Program-made: the position numbers and the translations under genes
Shown: positions 39,035 to 52,029 of the stretch, piece after piece
Numbering within the stretch: position 1 is the stretch's first letter
Layout of the letters: each line of letters opens with the position of its first letter
DNA from: Eledone cirrhosa
Lineage: Eukaryota
DNA length: 64,000 nt
NCBI GenBank assembly: GCA_964016885.1
Contig: OZ024741.1
Span: forward strand, 151,466,001 to 151,530,000
Direction: 5' to 3'
The notes under the pieces: model-generated
What the model was told of the DNA's origin: nothing
The model's database searches: none
Seen by the model: only the letters and a program-made list of their open reading frames with translations

Positions 39035-40040
39035 AAAATTGAACGAAAAGAGAAGGAAAAATTAGGAATTTATACAGACATAAAATATACCATCTTGAAA
39101 TGTGGAGAAATGAAGTGAAAACAGTTCCCATTGTCCTATAGGTAATTGGTACTCTTCACAGGGTGACAAAGAACCTTGATAACTACCTGTCAAGGATATT
39201 GACTTTGCCCCAAGGATTGGATTTCTCCAGAAGACATGCCTACTGAGACCAGCTCGAATGTTGAAAAAAATTATGGACTATCAACAATAATGCAAAGAGA
39301 AGGAAGGATATGAAAATTTGGAATTTCATATAGCTATGGAATTTCATGTAGCTCGGAAATTCTTAAAATAACCTACCCAAAGCAACATTTAAGTAATCGT
39401 GATAAACAGTCTAATAATAACAATGGTTTCTTTATTAACTCCATAGGGCTCCCAAAGGAGAACAATAAAGGCGACAAAAGAAGGTAGAGGGTGGAGTCTT
39501 GTGTAAAAATGTGTATAACAAAAACTAAAACAGTAAACATTTAAAAATGATACCAACCCATTGTGTCGTACATGTCAGGAAAGACAGAAAATTAGAGATC
39601 ACATTATTATCTGGATGCAGCTGATTGGCACCCTCTGGATTCTTGCATTGACATGATAGAGCAGCTCAGTACATACACTAAGTGATACGCCATATTCAAT
39701 CTCAATCATAAAGAGAAAAAACCCACAAGTTACTTAGAATACTGAAGTGTGAATCCTCCTGAATTTTGGTATTCAGGCGGGAAAATCCAAGTAAACCAGC
39801 TTGATATTATCTTATAGATCTCATAACACCAACTGACAAAAACACTTCTCTACTTCTCTAAAATCTTTGTGAAATTCAGTAAATACAAGGACCTTAAAAC
39901 AATTATATTGCCTGTAGTCATTTGGGGAACTAGGTATACTATCCAAGGGTGCAAATATTATATAACCCAAAATCCTGGCTGCCCTAAAATCATTCGGTTG
40001 CAAAACATCCTTGTCGTGATTACTTCACAGATTTTGCGCA
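39035..40040 (+). mobile_element. Two decayed R4/Dong-like 3' fragments
   Basis: FLQKTCLLRPARMLKKI near 39220; HDRAAQYIH and LPVVIWG at 39650-39930. Confidence 0.55.
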
Positions 40041-40129
40041 AATTTGCTGTCTCTTCATGTTTCTGCTTGAGACTTCGTGCAGCTTATAAAAACAAATGCA
40101 AAGGCAACATATAATAATATTCATAACAA

Positions 40130-42545
40130 TGTAAGTATTCCAAACAATAGTTCTCCCTAGGAACGGACGAATACATCTGCAATGATAGAACAAATGGTGA
40201 AACAATTATAAAAACCGCTAACCTTACCACAAACAGAAGCATTAGTATCACAAGGATAAATAACATAATATATGCAGCAGCCACTGCCCTTATGAAAGAA
40301 AGTAGGTAACTCCTTAGATCTACACAAGCAAAAATAGAAAAGCACAAACACGCATGGAAATCAAAGGTACGAAAGAAAGTTAAAATTTAAAAAAAATACC
40401 TCTCAATCTTAAATAAAATAGCACAAAGAATCCGGAGGTTTGTAAAACGCCATCAGTTTCTTGAAAAATACTAGTAATTTAAATTCAAACCAAATCGGTT
40501 CGAGCAGAAACTTAGCAAAAGCAAAATGTAGCCCGCAAAGTAAATGAAGTGGAAGAGTTCTCTAGAAGATTGTGGGCAGCAGAACAATCACCATGCACAG
40601 GAATAGTACAAACAATAAAGGCAGCACCTGAACAATTATGGGAAGACAGTGTTTAACGCACTGAAAAGAGCAAGCGACTAGAAGACACCGGAACGTGAAA
40701 ATATCCGTAATCCCTGGTTGAAATATTTAACAGAGACACATGATGTACTTGCAAAAGCGCTTTAAGAGATATTGAAGGGACTAGAAATTACACCCAACTG
40801 ACTCACTAAGGTGGGAAACACTCTGATGCCCAAGAATAATGACACAACTAACCTCCAAAACCCATAACATACCTGCCTACAACCTATAAGACCTTAACTG
40901 CAATAATATCATAGAAACTGTCCAAGCACTTAGAAAAAAAAAAGAATCTCTTTTCAGAAGAGCAAACAAGTGTGATGTAAACACCAATTACTAATAAACA
41001 AAGCCATAACAGAAAACTGAAGAAAACGGAAATAATCATAGCATAGCAAGGGCGATTACAAATATACGCCAACAATAAAAAGCATTCATCAAACAGGCCA
41101 GGAGTAAATGACAAACAGTTCAGCAGATACAAATAAAAGATGGATGTATAAGATCTGAACCCATCCCAATTAATAGAATAATATTTCAAGGGGACTCACT
41201 TTCACAACTCCTCTTCTGCCTAGCATTGACACCATTATCTAAGATACCAAACAGGACTAGACATGGTTATGAATGCTACTGTAATAAAATTAGCCATCTC
41301 TTGTATATGGATGATCTAAAGCTGTACGTTGCAAATGAAATATAATTTGAAACACTTTGTAGAAAGGACATAGATTCATAAAAGTAATAGACATGAAATT
41401 TCGACTAGAAAAATGTGCCAAGTCAACCCCAAACATGAGAAAACTAGTGAAAGCCTCTAGCATGCTAGATAAAGAAACTGAGATAAAAGAATTAGATCAA
41501 ACGCAGACATACAAATACTTAAGAATCAATGACAGCGTTCAACATACACATGAAAAAAAGATTAGAAAGGAATACAATAGACGGATTAGATTATTACTTA
41601 AACAGAACTAAATGCAAAGAGTAAGGTAATAGGTACCAACTCTGTTGCGGCCTCAGTAATAGGCTATAGTTATAACATTCTGAACTGGATAATAAAAGAA
41701 TTAGCAGGACTGGATAGAAAAACAAGAAAAATAATTATTGCATTTAGAATACACCAACCAAAATCAGATGTAGAAAGATTATACCTACCAAAAACACGGA
41801 GAGTAAGCGGCCTTATGCAACTAGTAAACCATTATAAACTAGCTATTGTAGGACTACAAAAATATCGAATACAGTATAATGGAAAATTAATACAAATAGC
41901 TATGAAACCTGAACGAAACAAAAACTTGGTTTCTGTTTTCAAGGAAGCCAAGTTCAAAACTGGATTGACAGATAATTATGAAGAAAATGAAAACAAGAAG
42001 CAGCAACAGAATCTGCAAAGATAAAATCCAAATCGGAAATAGATTTCCAGAATGCTATTCTAAAACGATGCCAAGAAAACATCTCCTACATGGGAAAATG
42101 GACTAGCAAAATTCATGGACTAAAACCTGAAACTGAAGGATTTCTAATTGCAGCACGAGATCAAGGCCTCGTCACCAGAAACCACCCAAAATACATAATG
42201 AAGCAGAACACAGTAACTGCTGCAGAATATGTGGAATTGGGGTAGAAACAATTAACCATATTGTCTCTGGCTCTCCAGTCTTAGTCAAAAGAATAATATA
42301 TCAACATACATGATGTAGTTGGGAGTTATCCAAGTACTACGAAATACCAATAGGAATAAAGGTTGTATAAGCATACACCAGCAAATCATATTCTGAGATA
42401 TACCAATGAAAACAGAAAAGGAAATCAAAGCCAACCAACCGGATATTATAGTTAAAGACCCTAAAGAAAATAAATGTCTTCTAATCGATGTATCTATCCC
42501 CACCGATGACAATATATCAAACAATGAAATAGATAAATTATCAAT
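40130..42545 (+). mobile_element. Decayed R4/Dong-like LINE (RT, zinc knuckle, RLE)
   Basis: IFQGDSLSQLLFCLALTPLS, HLLYMDDLKLY, MKFRLEKCA, KSDVERLYLP, LKPETEGFLIAARDQ, CRICG..VETINHIVSG, NQPDIIVKD...LLIDVSIPTD. Many stops and frameshifts. Confidence 0.85.
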
Positions 42546-43339
42546 TATAAATCAGTGTCCTTCTTTGCGTCGCTACTATTATTTCGCGTGCGATGGTTAA
42601 GTTGGACCATTTCTTTTCTTCTTTTAATGAATTCCCATGCCTGCGCCAAACGTTCTTTCTTGTCTGAAATATCAACTTGAAAGAATAGTCTTGATTTTGA
42701 AACTGCGGCGGTGAATGTACTGTTGTTGTTGTTGTTGCTGATGCCTGGTGGCGTCATTCGTCTTCTCGCCATCGTTCTTCCTTCCATTGCTGGTGTTATT
42801 GGCCGTGTTGTTGTTGTTGCTGTTGTTGTTGCTCTTATTGTTATTGTTGTTCATGTTAACATTTGTGCTGTCGGTCGGTGTCGTTAGTGTTAGTTTTAAT
42901 TTTGTTTTTCGTTTCAGTTGTTAAAGTGATGATGGTGGTGGTGGTGGTGGTAGCGATGTGGGGGGGGGGGGGGGGTTTCAGTGGTGTTGCCAGAGGTGTT
43001 GGCCCTGGCTACCGTCGTTGTGATGTGGCGACGACATTCATAGTTCTCGGAAAGTACGCTTCGTTTGCACGAGATACGTTTTGCTTGCCGCTACTGCTGC
43101 TGTTGTCGCTACTGCTGCTTTAATTCTTTTCAGATTGTTGGCTCATCCACACTCTGGACAGTTCGCTATTTTACCGGACGCAACATCTTTGTCCAGTATC
43201 TTAATTTTCGCCGAAAATTGAGGGACCTATTTGTTAATCAAATACAGGCTTAGCCCTTAAAATGTTGAATAATTGGGAAAATAGAACAAACATACACGAG
43301 CAATTTAAACCACTTATTGAAAGATTAAACAACAAAGAT

Positions 43340-43770
43340 AATAATTGTTTCTACCTTAGGCACAATTTGAAGAGGAGGGGAAAGTCGAGTAAATTACTGG
43401 TACTTCATTTTATCGACCCCGTAAGAATGAAAGACAAAATTAACTTCAGCGGGATTTGACCTCAGAACGTAAAGAGCCATAACTCCTATGCTGCAAAGCA
43501 TGGTTTCTGATGCTCTAGCGATACTGCCAAACCACCACGCTAGTAATAATAAAGATTTCTGATATAGGCACAAGGCCAGCAATTTTGGGGAGGGGGAAAG
43601 TCGATTAAATCGACCCCAGTGCGTGACTGGTACTTTATTTTATCGACCGCGTAAGGATGAAAGGCCAAGTTAACCTCGGCGAGATTTGAACTCAGGTCAT
43701 AAAGGGCCGCAACTCTATGCTGCAAACATTGGCGTCCGAACGTCTACCGTTATTGCCAAACCACCACCCT
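43340..43770 (-). mobile_element. SINE tandem dimer
   Basis: Two copies, each bordered by CTAGTAATAATAA. Confidence 0.9.
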
Positions 43771-44207
43771 AGTAATAATAATGATCATAATAATGATAAT
43801 AATAATCTTCACTATTATAATTTATAAAACTTTTGGTATATGTTGTTCATTATCTTGTTATCATTCTAATTAACACGACAATATTGATGTAAAATTGTGT
43901 CGGCAAGCACTAAATGAGATCAAAGGAAAATATCTTCAGTCGAGGGAAATCAAATTGATTAAAATAATATTTCTGCATGACTTGAGGGATATATATTTTT
44001 GTGTATCTACACATACGCATACACACACATCCATACTGACGCAACGTGCACGCACATACACGTACGCACACATACATACGCGGAAATGCCTACACGCACA
44101 CACACACACACACATATATATTCTTAACTTTTTACTTACGTTAATATACATACATACTTACACATACATACACGCACACACTCATATATATATGTATATA
44201 TATATAT

Positions 44208-44623
44208 GTTACACTTTCTCTCGACTGGCCTCTTCCTCGCACTTCCACTCACTCACTCTCTGCTTCTCCCCTTCTCACTTCCTCCCGTTTGGCCTGTAGT
44301 GGGTTCTCTTCTTGCTCACATCTCACTCACGTCGGACGGTCTGTATTTCCCCGCTCATGAAATCCACACAGCTTAAGCTGACCGGATCCCCATGCGCTCC
44401 TTTTTTCCTATCTTTGCGTTGCTATCCTTCCTTGTTATTTACTGTCTCGTTCGCTTTATGCGATTTACTTGTCCCAATATCTTTATTTAGCTATTGCTCG
44501 CACCAACCGGAGGTATATGGTTTTTAAAGCGATGAAATACCAATGAAGGTTGGAAAATCACTGACGAAGGACTATTTTTATCATATGTAACCCATGTGCA
44601 ACCACGCAGTATTCTTTCTTCTC

Positions 44624-44631
<8 letters not shown>
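44208..44631 (+). repeat. Second copy of the 26687-27112 repeat
   Basis: Direct sequence match. Confidence 0.9.
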
Positions 44632-44674
<43 letters not shown>

Positions 44675-44690
44675 TATATATGCGCGTGAA

Positions 44691-44798
<108 letters not shown>

Positions 44799-45485
44799 TG
44801 TGTGTGTGTGTGTGTGTATAGAACAATGGAAACAAAACAAGTCAGAGATAGATAGGTAATTACTTCATTGTTTTACGATCATTTCAGAGGCTCGATTGAT
44901 CGTGAAAGATCGATGTATCGACTAGCATGGGTAGTGGTTACGTCACTACCTGTTTCTATTCTCGAAATTTCTATAAGTGTGTTAACATTTCTAAACTTCT
45001 GAATTTTATGAGGATAACATTTAAAGGATTTCACTTATAGATTTACAAAACTAATATATAAATAACAGGCAATTTAAAAAAAAACCTAAAATCTTTATTA
45101 TTCACCCTAAAATAGTATAAATTAAATATTTTCAAACCTAACCGTTTAACTTTCGGAAAAAAATCTCCCTTCTGCATATATTACCCCCCCCCCCCCTCTA
45201 TCTTTCCCTCTCTATAAATCCTATTCCAGTGGCTCTCATTGACTATTATAATTCATGAGATGTTTTCCTAGATAAACATAAATTGTAGTATCATACATTT
45301 TAAATTCTCTATAACTGTTACATTAAGCAACATTTTTTCTTACTCACACATTCTCTATTGAATTTATTACGTTTTCGCATTTTCTCATTATTAGGGTATA
45401 AATGTTAAATTTTCTCTTAGGTTAATCACTACCTTGATTAAATCTTAACCATTTAACATCTCAGCCTATGTCATGTATCATTATA

Positions 45486-45536
45486 TTTTGTCTGATGAGG
45501 ACGCACTGTTGTACATCCGAAATATGTATAATAAAA
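45486..45536 (+). ncRNA. Minimal type I hammerhead (related copy 14170-14235, minus strand)
   Basis: TTTTGT-CTGATGA-GGA...TCC-GAAA-TATGTA-TA-ATAAAA. Confidence 0.72.
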
Positions 45537-45679
45537 TGTAATTGATCAAAAGAACATCTATTTTATTAATATTTGTATTTTAATATTAATAACTCTGTAA
45601 AATTATTTATCGTAGAGTGCTTCCAATCTACTGTAAAACTCATTCTTTGATATACTCATTGAATCTTGTTTAACTCTTT

Positions 45680-45713
<34 letters not shown>

Positions 45714-46180
45714 ATTTAGTATATCTACTAACATATGCGTACAGATGTACGCTAATGCTAGCAAATACATAAGTTATGTCATAGTACCTAGGTGGTTCAA
45801 TGCAGGAGAATGCAGAACAATAATATGAAGGACGTTAAATAAGAACATTTTAAAAAAAGATTTAAAATATCAAAAAAAGATTGAAAATTTTAGTAAGTAA
45901 GTTAATTTTTTTAATCTTTTTTTAAAATTTTCTTATTTTACGTCCTTCATATATATATATATATATAAATGAAAATAGAGAAATTAATGTAAGCAAAAAG
46001 CCGACAATAGTTCAGACATATAAGTGATTATAACATCAAGATGAAACATTTTAAACGTAAGATATGGGATAAATAATACAATCTTAATTCAAAACAAGTC
46101 AAGAAAAAGAAAAATATATATATATATATATATATGATAAAGAACACAAGAGCGTCTACAACATCAAAAGATTTTTATTG

Positions 46181-46225
46181 GCTTACGATGTTTCTTCCTT
46201 ACGTAATCGTAGGATTCGTCAGAGC
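46181..46225 (-). ncRNA. Minimal type I hammerhead
   Basis: GCT-CTGACGA-aTCCT...AGGAa-GAAA-CATCG-TA-AGC, followed by AATAAA. Confidence 0.68.
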
Positions 46226-47036
46226 TATAAAAGGGGTTTGATTGGTGTTATGGACTCTACCAACCAAACATTCAAGAACAAAGAGTAAAGAGAGTAAAGA
46301 GCAAAAGTAGGGGACGATAAGTCTAATTTTGGTGCGGGAGGGTGGGGTGTGGGTCCTTGTTTACTAGCTGCGGTCATATTCATTCCCGGGAGTCGAGTGG
46401 TTAGCTGAACCATAGATGGGGTGGCGTCGATAGTAGGGTGCAGAGGGTGTGCAGAGGCTACACAAACACAAAGGGCATACAATATATATATAACGGAGAA
46501 GAAAGTACATGAGGTAATTAGAAATTGAAAAAGAGTAATAATAATCTATAATTAATAGTGTATAATAAGGCATGGGGAAGATTACACTATAATAAGGTAT
46601 AAAAGTAAGAATATTGCCACCCCATCTATGGTTCAGCTAACCACTCGTCTCCCGGGAAAGGGTGGTAGGATTGATGCCAACCCACACACACTCATTCTTC
46701 TAAAGACAGCAGCAGTAGAACTAAGGCTGACCTGCCAGCTGACCCCCTAACACCAACAAACGCAAGGGAGGGGGTCAGCTGTACTTAACAAAAACAACCA
46801 CAACAGATTGTCTTGCCTCAGAAAAAATTTCTATATACTTTTGACTGAGGAATGTTCTCACAACTGACCAATGGGAGGAGAGAGTGTCCTATGATACCGA
46901 AATTCGTTTGTTCGAATTCATATGATTCCAGTTCCTCAGAGAAATAACAACCGAACCAGGAGCTGGACATATCGGAGTATTGACGGAGTAAAACACTTTA
47001 ACAACATGTGTACCTGTCTCTCACACACCAATTCGA

Positions 47037-47091
47037 ACTGCCTGAAGAGGTCACAGCCAATGATAGCTGTCACCGAAATATATATAGCAGT
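47037..47091 (+). ncRNA. Type I hammerhead, canonical and well paired
   Basis: ACTGC-CTGAAGA-GGTcACAGC...GCTGTcACC-GAAA-TATATA-TA-GCAGT, followed by AATAAA. Confidence 0.82.
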
Positions 47092-47392
47092 ACATCTTTA
47101 ATAAACGAAGCCAAATCTTAAATATTTGACTTAATTACTTTATTTTACATTACTCCGGAGTAACCAAACCAACCTGCATATACGTCGAGTGCTCCAATCT
47201 GCATACTCAGGTGTCGGTAAACAACCAACATATACTCAATATATATATATAATTATATATATATATGTATATATATGTTTGTGTGTATATGTGTATGTGT
47301 ATATAATATGTAGAATCCGAGTTGCGTCGGAGATAATTACAGTTAAAATATATACACAATACATTGGTGGAGTAGTGGAGCATAAATATCTT

Positions 47393-47447
<55 letters not shown>

Positions 47448-47450
<3 letters not shown>

Positions 47451-48375
47451 GCGAGTCCTTTTAAGAGTATATCGGATAAGAATATAGGCCGCTTAAGAGT
47501 ATAGCATAATCAATTCCCGAATTTATGTACTATGTTTTGTACAGTGCATAAGTCCGCTTATGAGTATATCGGATAAGAGTATAATCGCATAAGAGTTTAG
47601 CATAATCAATTCCGTTTATATATTTCCTATATAATTTAGTCCGTATAAGAGTATAATGAATACGGTAAAGTAAATTGGGCTTATAATGTAACATAACCAT
47701 TTTAAAACAATTCAAAATGAAATGCGATGATGTCATTTATACAACCATTCTAAAAGCAATTTTAAGTTTAATATATGCAAATACAAAAATAATAATTCAT
47801 TGTGTCATAAAAATGTCTTTGAAACGCTCTGCTTTATCCATTACTCAAAAAATATCCATTACTCAAAGGTTAGTATGTATTATTTTTATATTTATAATAT
47901 GAATCTGCATAGGTACCTAACCTAACTTTAATCATTTATCAATATTTTAGATCTCTGGAAAAGAAGGAATAAATGCTTTGTTGACTGTACGGTCCTTTAT
48001 GATGCAATCGTTTGTAAATTTTGAAAATTATACACCGTCTGAAATCGAAGGAATTGATTGAAAAAAAAATTGCCAGAAATCGAGTGCAAAAAAGCATTTT
48101 GGACTATTTTTAGGAAATAAAAATTGCATACCAATATGTTGAAATATTGCTTAATTTATCGATAATTTGCAATAATTCTTGTTGAATTTTTTGGTGTAAC
48201 TTTCATTTTTTTACTTATAAATGCATTTTAAACGATAATAAAGCGATTTTTAATCATTGAAAGACTCAAAAATAATAATACTATGGAATATTTTTACTTA
48301 GTCCGGATAAGAGTATAGTTCGGTTAAGAGTATACTATTTTCCATTCCCGATGGTATACTCTTAACCGGACTCGA

Positions 48376-48378
<3 letters not shown>
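47448..48378. mobile_element. Non-autonomous Tc1/mariner-pogo (Tigger-like) MITE
   Basis: Imperfect TIRs CAG(G/T)CGAGTCC..TTAAGAGTAT, repeated subterminal TAAGAGTATA motifs, TA-rich flanks, no ORF. Confidence 0.75.
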
Positions 48379-48426
<48 letters not shown>

Positions 48427-48430
48427 TATA

Positions 48431-48503
<73 letters not shown>

Positions 48504-48507
48504 TGTG

Positions 48508-48712
48508 TGAGTCCCGGGTTCAATCGGGAGTAACCGGAGTAAGTAAAGTACTCAATACATTAGTAGAGTGTATACAACAAACTTTAATATAGAGAATGGG
48601 TTCTACAAGACTAGAAACCTTTCATTCGAAGGAAGTCATCAGGAAAGCCCTGATGATTTCCTGAAATAATTCTAGTTTAGTAGAAGCCATTTCTATATTA
48701 AATTTTGTTATA
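48508..48712 (-). mobile_element. Short fold-back element related to 60160-60347
   Basis: Imperfect hairpin around GTCATCAGG AAAGC CCTGATGA, with the same tail. Confidence 0.62.
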
Positions 48713-49656
48713 AACACACACACACACATATATATATACATTTATAAATATATATATATATATATATATATGAATGTGTTTCTGTGCGTATTCATATTTG
48801 TTATTCGAAAGGCAGTATCTAGAATGAAGCATTCTTCATTACGAAGTCTTGAAATAGACAAAACTCCATTACTGTTATATGTTCTAATTAGTTTACATTG
48901 ACAACTAAATGTTTTAAAAACATATCCTGACTGTTTTAAATCATCGACATGACAATTATTTCTCCACAAGTATCTCATTATTGTAAGTTAAATCTATTTT
49001 CATATCAAACTTTCAATTTTGAAATATTTCGGTTTTATTTTTTTATCACATTTCATTACAATCTAATTATTTTCTTCCGAATGTGTTGCAAGTGAGAGAT
49101 GGAATACAAAGAATGGATTATTTCTGTAATTGTCTTGCAATAATTTCTTTTCTTTCTCTACATTTTCAATTCAAATTGCACCTGGGAACTTCTTGTATTT
49201 TAACCATGATGAGGCTGGTAAGATATGTAGGTTAAAAAAGTTCAAGATTGTCTTATGGCCTAACTCCCAGGTACAGCTCTCTTTCAGTCGAGCAGTTGGA
49301 AAAAATGTCTCATTTTCAAGAACACAACGTGCCAAGGATCGAATCCAAGACTTTACTATTGTAACGCCAACATCCATACAACTTGACCCCAAGCCTTCAC
49401 TGTGTGATTTTATCCGGAAATCTTAATACAACCACACGTTTGCATTAAATTTGCTAAATGTTGGATAAATTGTTGTGTGTGTGTGTTTGTGTGTTTGTGT
49501 GTTTGTATATATATATATATATAAAAGAAATAGGATTTCGCTTCAAGCACAGTTTTATACAATTTGTATAAATATTTCGTATCTCCACAGAAATACGGTT
49601 TTAGGAAGCCGTAGCTATGCAAACACCGGGGGGGGGGGGGGGGGGGGGTAACGTCC

Positions 49657-50415
49657 TAATGAAAATAAAAAGTTACGGAGAAAGAGGTTAATATCCATCA
49701 TCAGTTGTCTGCTAGGAATCATCGATATTTCTTCGCGTTAGAGACAAGATATCTCACTTAGTGCGATCAATAGCTAAAATAAGTTATTGGGTTAAAAAGG
49801 GAGAGAGAGAAAAAATACGTAAACAGACACGAAAAGTAAAGCAACATAAAGATAGGAAAAATATGAAGTCAACAAACTTTTTTCGGACATAAGTCCTGAC
49901 AAGTGTGACGAGAAAGAACAGACATGTCTTGACTGTAGCAGTGTGAGCGAGAAAAGAGACTGCTTGCAGTGGCGGACGAGGGAGGAAGTGAGCTAGCGGA
50001 GAGAGGGTGACTATCAGAGAGGGAGTGAGTGAAGGTAAGAGGAAGCGAGAAAGAGATAGTTATAGTGGCAGGCTAGCAGAGAGAAGGTGACTAGCAGAGG
50101 GGGTGAGTGAAAGTAAGAGGGAGTAAGAGAGAGAAGGGGAGAGTTGGTGGCAACAAGGGTAGAGAAAAGACCGGTCATAGCGGATATGGAAAATTATATG
50201 AATAAAATTGCGGGCTGTGTGGTTGCATTTAAGTATAATGAAAATAAAAAGTTACGTGCGAAAGAGAGTAATAACCAATATCAGTTGTCTGCTAGGAATC
50301 ATCAATATTTCTTCGCGTTAGAGACAAGATACCTCAAGCTAGTGCGATCAATAACTAAAATAAGTCATTGGGATAAAAAAGGGGAGAGAGAGATAAAAAT
50401 ACGTAAACAGACACG
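49657..50415 (-). repeat. Partial tandem element (~175-bp direct repeats 49657-49832 and 50237-50415), distantly related to 26687-27112
   Basis: Shared CCCAATA.CTT.ATTT.AGCTATTG.TCGCAC block, and CTGANGA near the 3' end of the 49657 copy. Confidence 0.7.
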
Positions 50416-50781
50416 AGTGTCTGTATGGTATATTACGACGTGTATTAGCTTGTGAGAATAACTGTTGTATATTAATATTTGTTATATTATCTGGATTTCA
50501 TAATCTTATACTTCATTTATGGAGAAGGTCTGAATGATCTTCCAACTAAGAATAATGGCATTTACATGTTTGTATTTCTGTGAACATACACTAAACCTAT
50601 ATATAATGATTCGTGGATTAACATAAACAGGTGTGATGAAGTACTTTCGGTAGAAGCGCATACAATCATTACCATATATATATACATATATATATATGTG
50701 TGTGTGTGTGTGTGTTTGTGTGTGTGCGTGTGTGTGTATGTGCGTGTGTGTGTGTTTATAAATTATGAATTTATAACTTTA

Positions 50782-50890
50782 CTAGCAGATTTACCCGGCG
50801 TTGCCCGGGGTTTGAAATTAGGCTAAGAACATACAAAGTTGTCCACAGATACACACACACACACATCCTCGCTTTTATATATATAGAAGA
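50782..50890 (-). mobile_element. Minimal non-autonomous Helitron (109 bp)
   Basis: Minus strand: A|TCTTCTATATATATAAAAGCGAGGATGTGTG ... CCCGGGCAACGCCGGG TAAATCTG CTAG|T. Confidence 0.8.
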
Positions 50891-50985
50891 TTGTTTCACA
50901 CAAAACAAAAGTAAAATAAACATTCGTATATTTTATACATGCTTAAAATATCAAATGCTTCCTATATATACAAATATATTATCTA

Positions 50986-51031
<46 letters not shown>

Positions 51032-51119
51032 AAGAGAGAGAGGGAGTCTGTGGTGTTGAGACCGGGGAGGTAACTAATAAATGCATATAGCATAGTAGTT
51101 AGGGTGTGGTTTCGATTCC

Positions 51120-51319
51120 NNNNNNNNNNNNNNNNNNNNNNNNNNNNNNNNNNNNNNNNNNNNNNNNNNNNNNNNNNNNNNNNNNNNNNNNNNNNNNNNN
51201 NNNNNNNNNNNNNNNNNNNNNNNNNNNNNNNNNNNNNNNNNNNNNNNNNNNNNNNNNNNNNNNNNNNNNNNNNNNNNNNNNNNNNNNNNNNNNNNNNNNN
51301 NNNNNNNNNNNNNNNNNNN
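51120..51319. other. Assembly gap (200 N)
   Basis: N run. Adjacency across it is not guaranteed. Confidence 1.
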
Positions 51320-51474
51320 TATATATACTATATATATATACATATATATATATACTGTATAAATATGTTTATATATATGTTTATATATATATATATATAT
51401 AAATATAAATATATATATATGTGTGTGTATTAGTGTGTATATGTGTGTCTGTATGTAAAATAGTATATATATAC

Positions 51475-51842
51475 ATGAGAGGAGATTGGATGGCACATAT
51501 ACCCGCCTCTTTATGAGAGTGCAAAACCTATCCTGGAAACGACATCCCACCTTGTCTAAAATCTATGGCAAACTCCCTCGAGCCTCTGCCCTTCTAAAAT
51601 CCCGGAGAGCTCAATTTGCTGGCCACTGTCACCGTGCCAGCAATGAAATCATATCCGCTCTCTTTCTCTGGAACCCTGACTCCAGCCTGACTAGGAGTAG
51701 GAAGCTGTCATTCCCTGACGTTATCTCTAGGGATACGGGAATCAGTAGACGGGACCTGGGGGCAGCAATGAGGACGGGGAATTCTGGGGCATGAGAGTGA
51801 GATCCATCATCTCGACAGTAGTCGACGAATGATGATGGTGAT
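51475..51842 (+). mobile_element. RTE/RTE-X LINE 3' end
   Basis: RLDGTYTRLFMRVQNLSWKRH...RRAQFAGHCHR and a (GAT)n tail at 51829-51842. Confidence 0.8.
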
Positions 51843-52029
51843 ATATATACGCACACATACACACACACAAAGAGGTTTGGTATACATATATAGGTATGTA
51901 TGTGAGTGCGCACAATTTGTATATTTTGTGTTACAAATACACAATAGCTCACAAATATGACCTTATCTTAAAAATGCATATAGCCTGATATATGTTTCCT
52001 TATGTTTAAGTGAAATAGAAATAGGAATA

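Larger units (their letters stand above)
46130..47240. mobile_element. Composite PLE remnant with outward-facing hammerheads
   Basis: 41-bp inverted repeat 46385-46425/46616-46656. Hammerheads at 46181-46225 (-) and 47037-47091 (+), the latter followed by AATAAA. Confidence 0.55.

Noticed and set aside
46840-46922. Additional hammerhead (CTGAGGA...GAAATTCG)
   Set aside because: Stems I and II do not pair convincingly. The motifs at 1460-1495, 25530-25572 and 54560 are similarly degenerate and were not called as features.
48780-49140. Possible decayed PLE endonuclease on the minus strand
   Set aside because: The motifs are too eroded to support a call.
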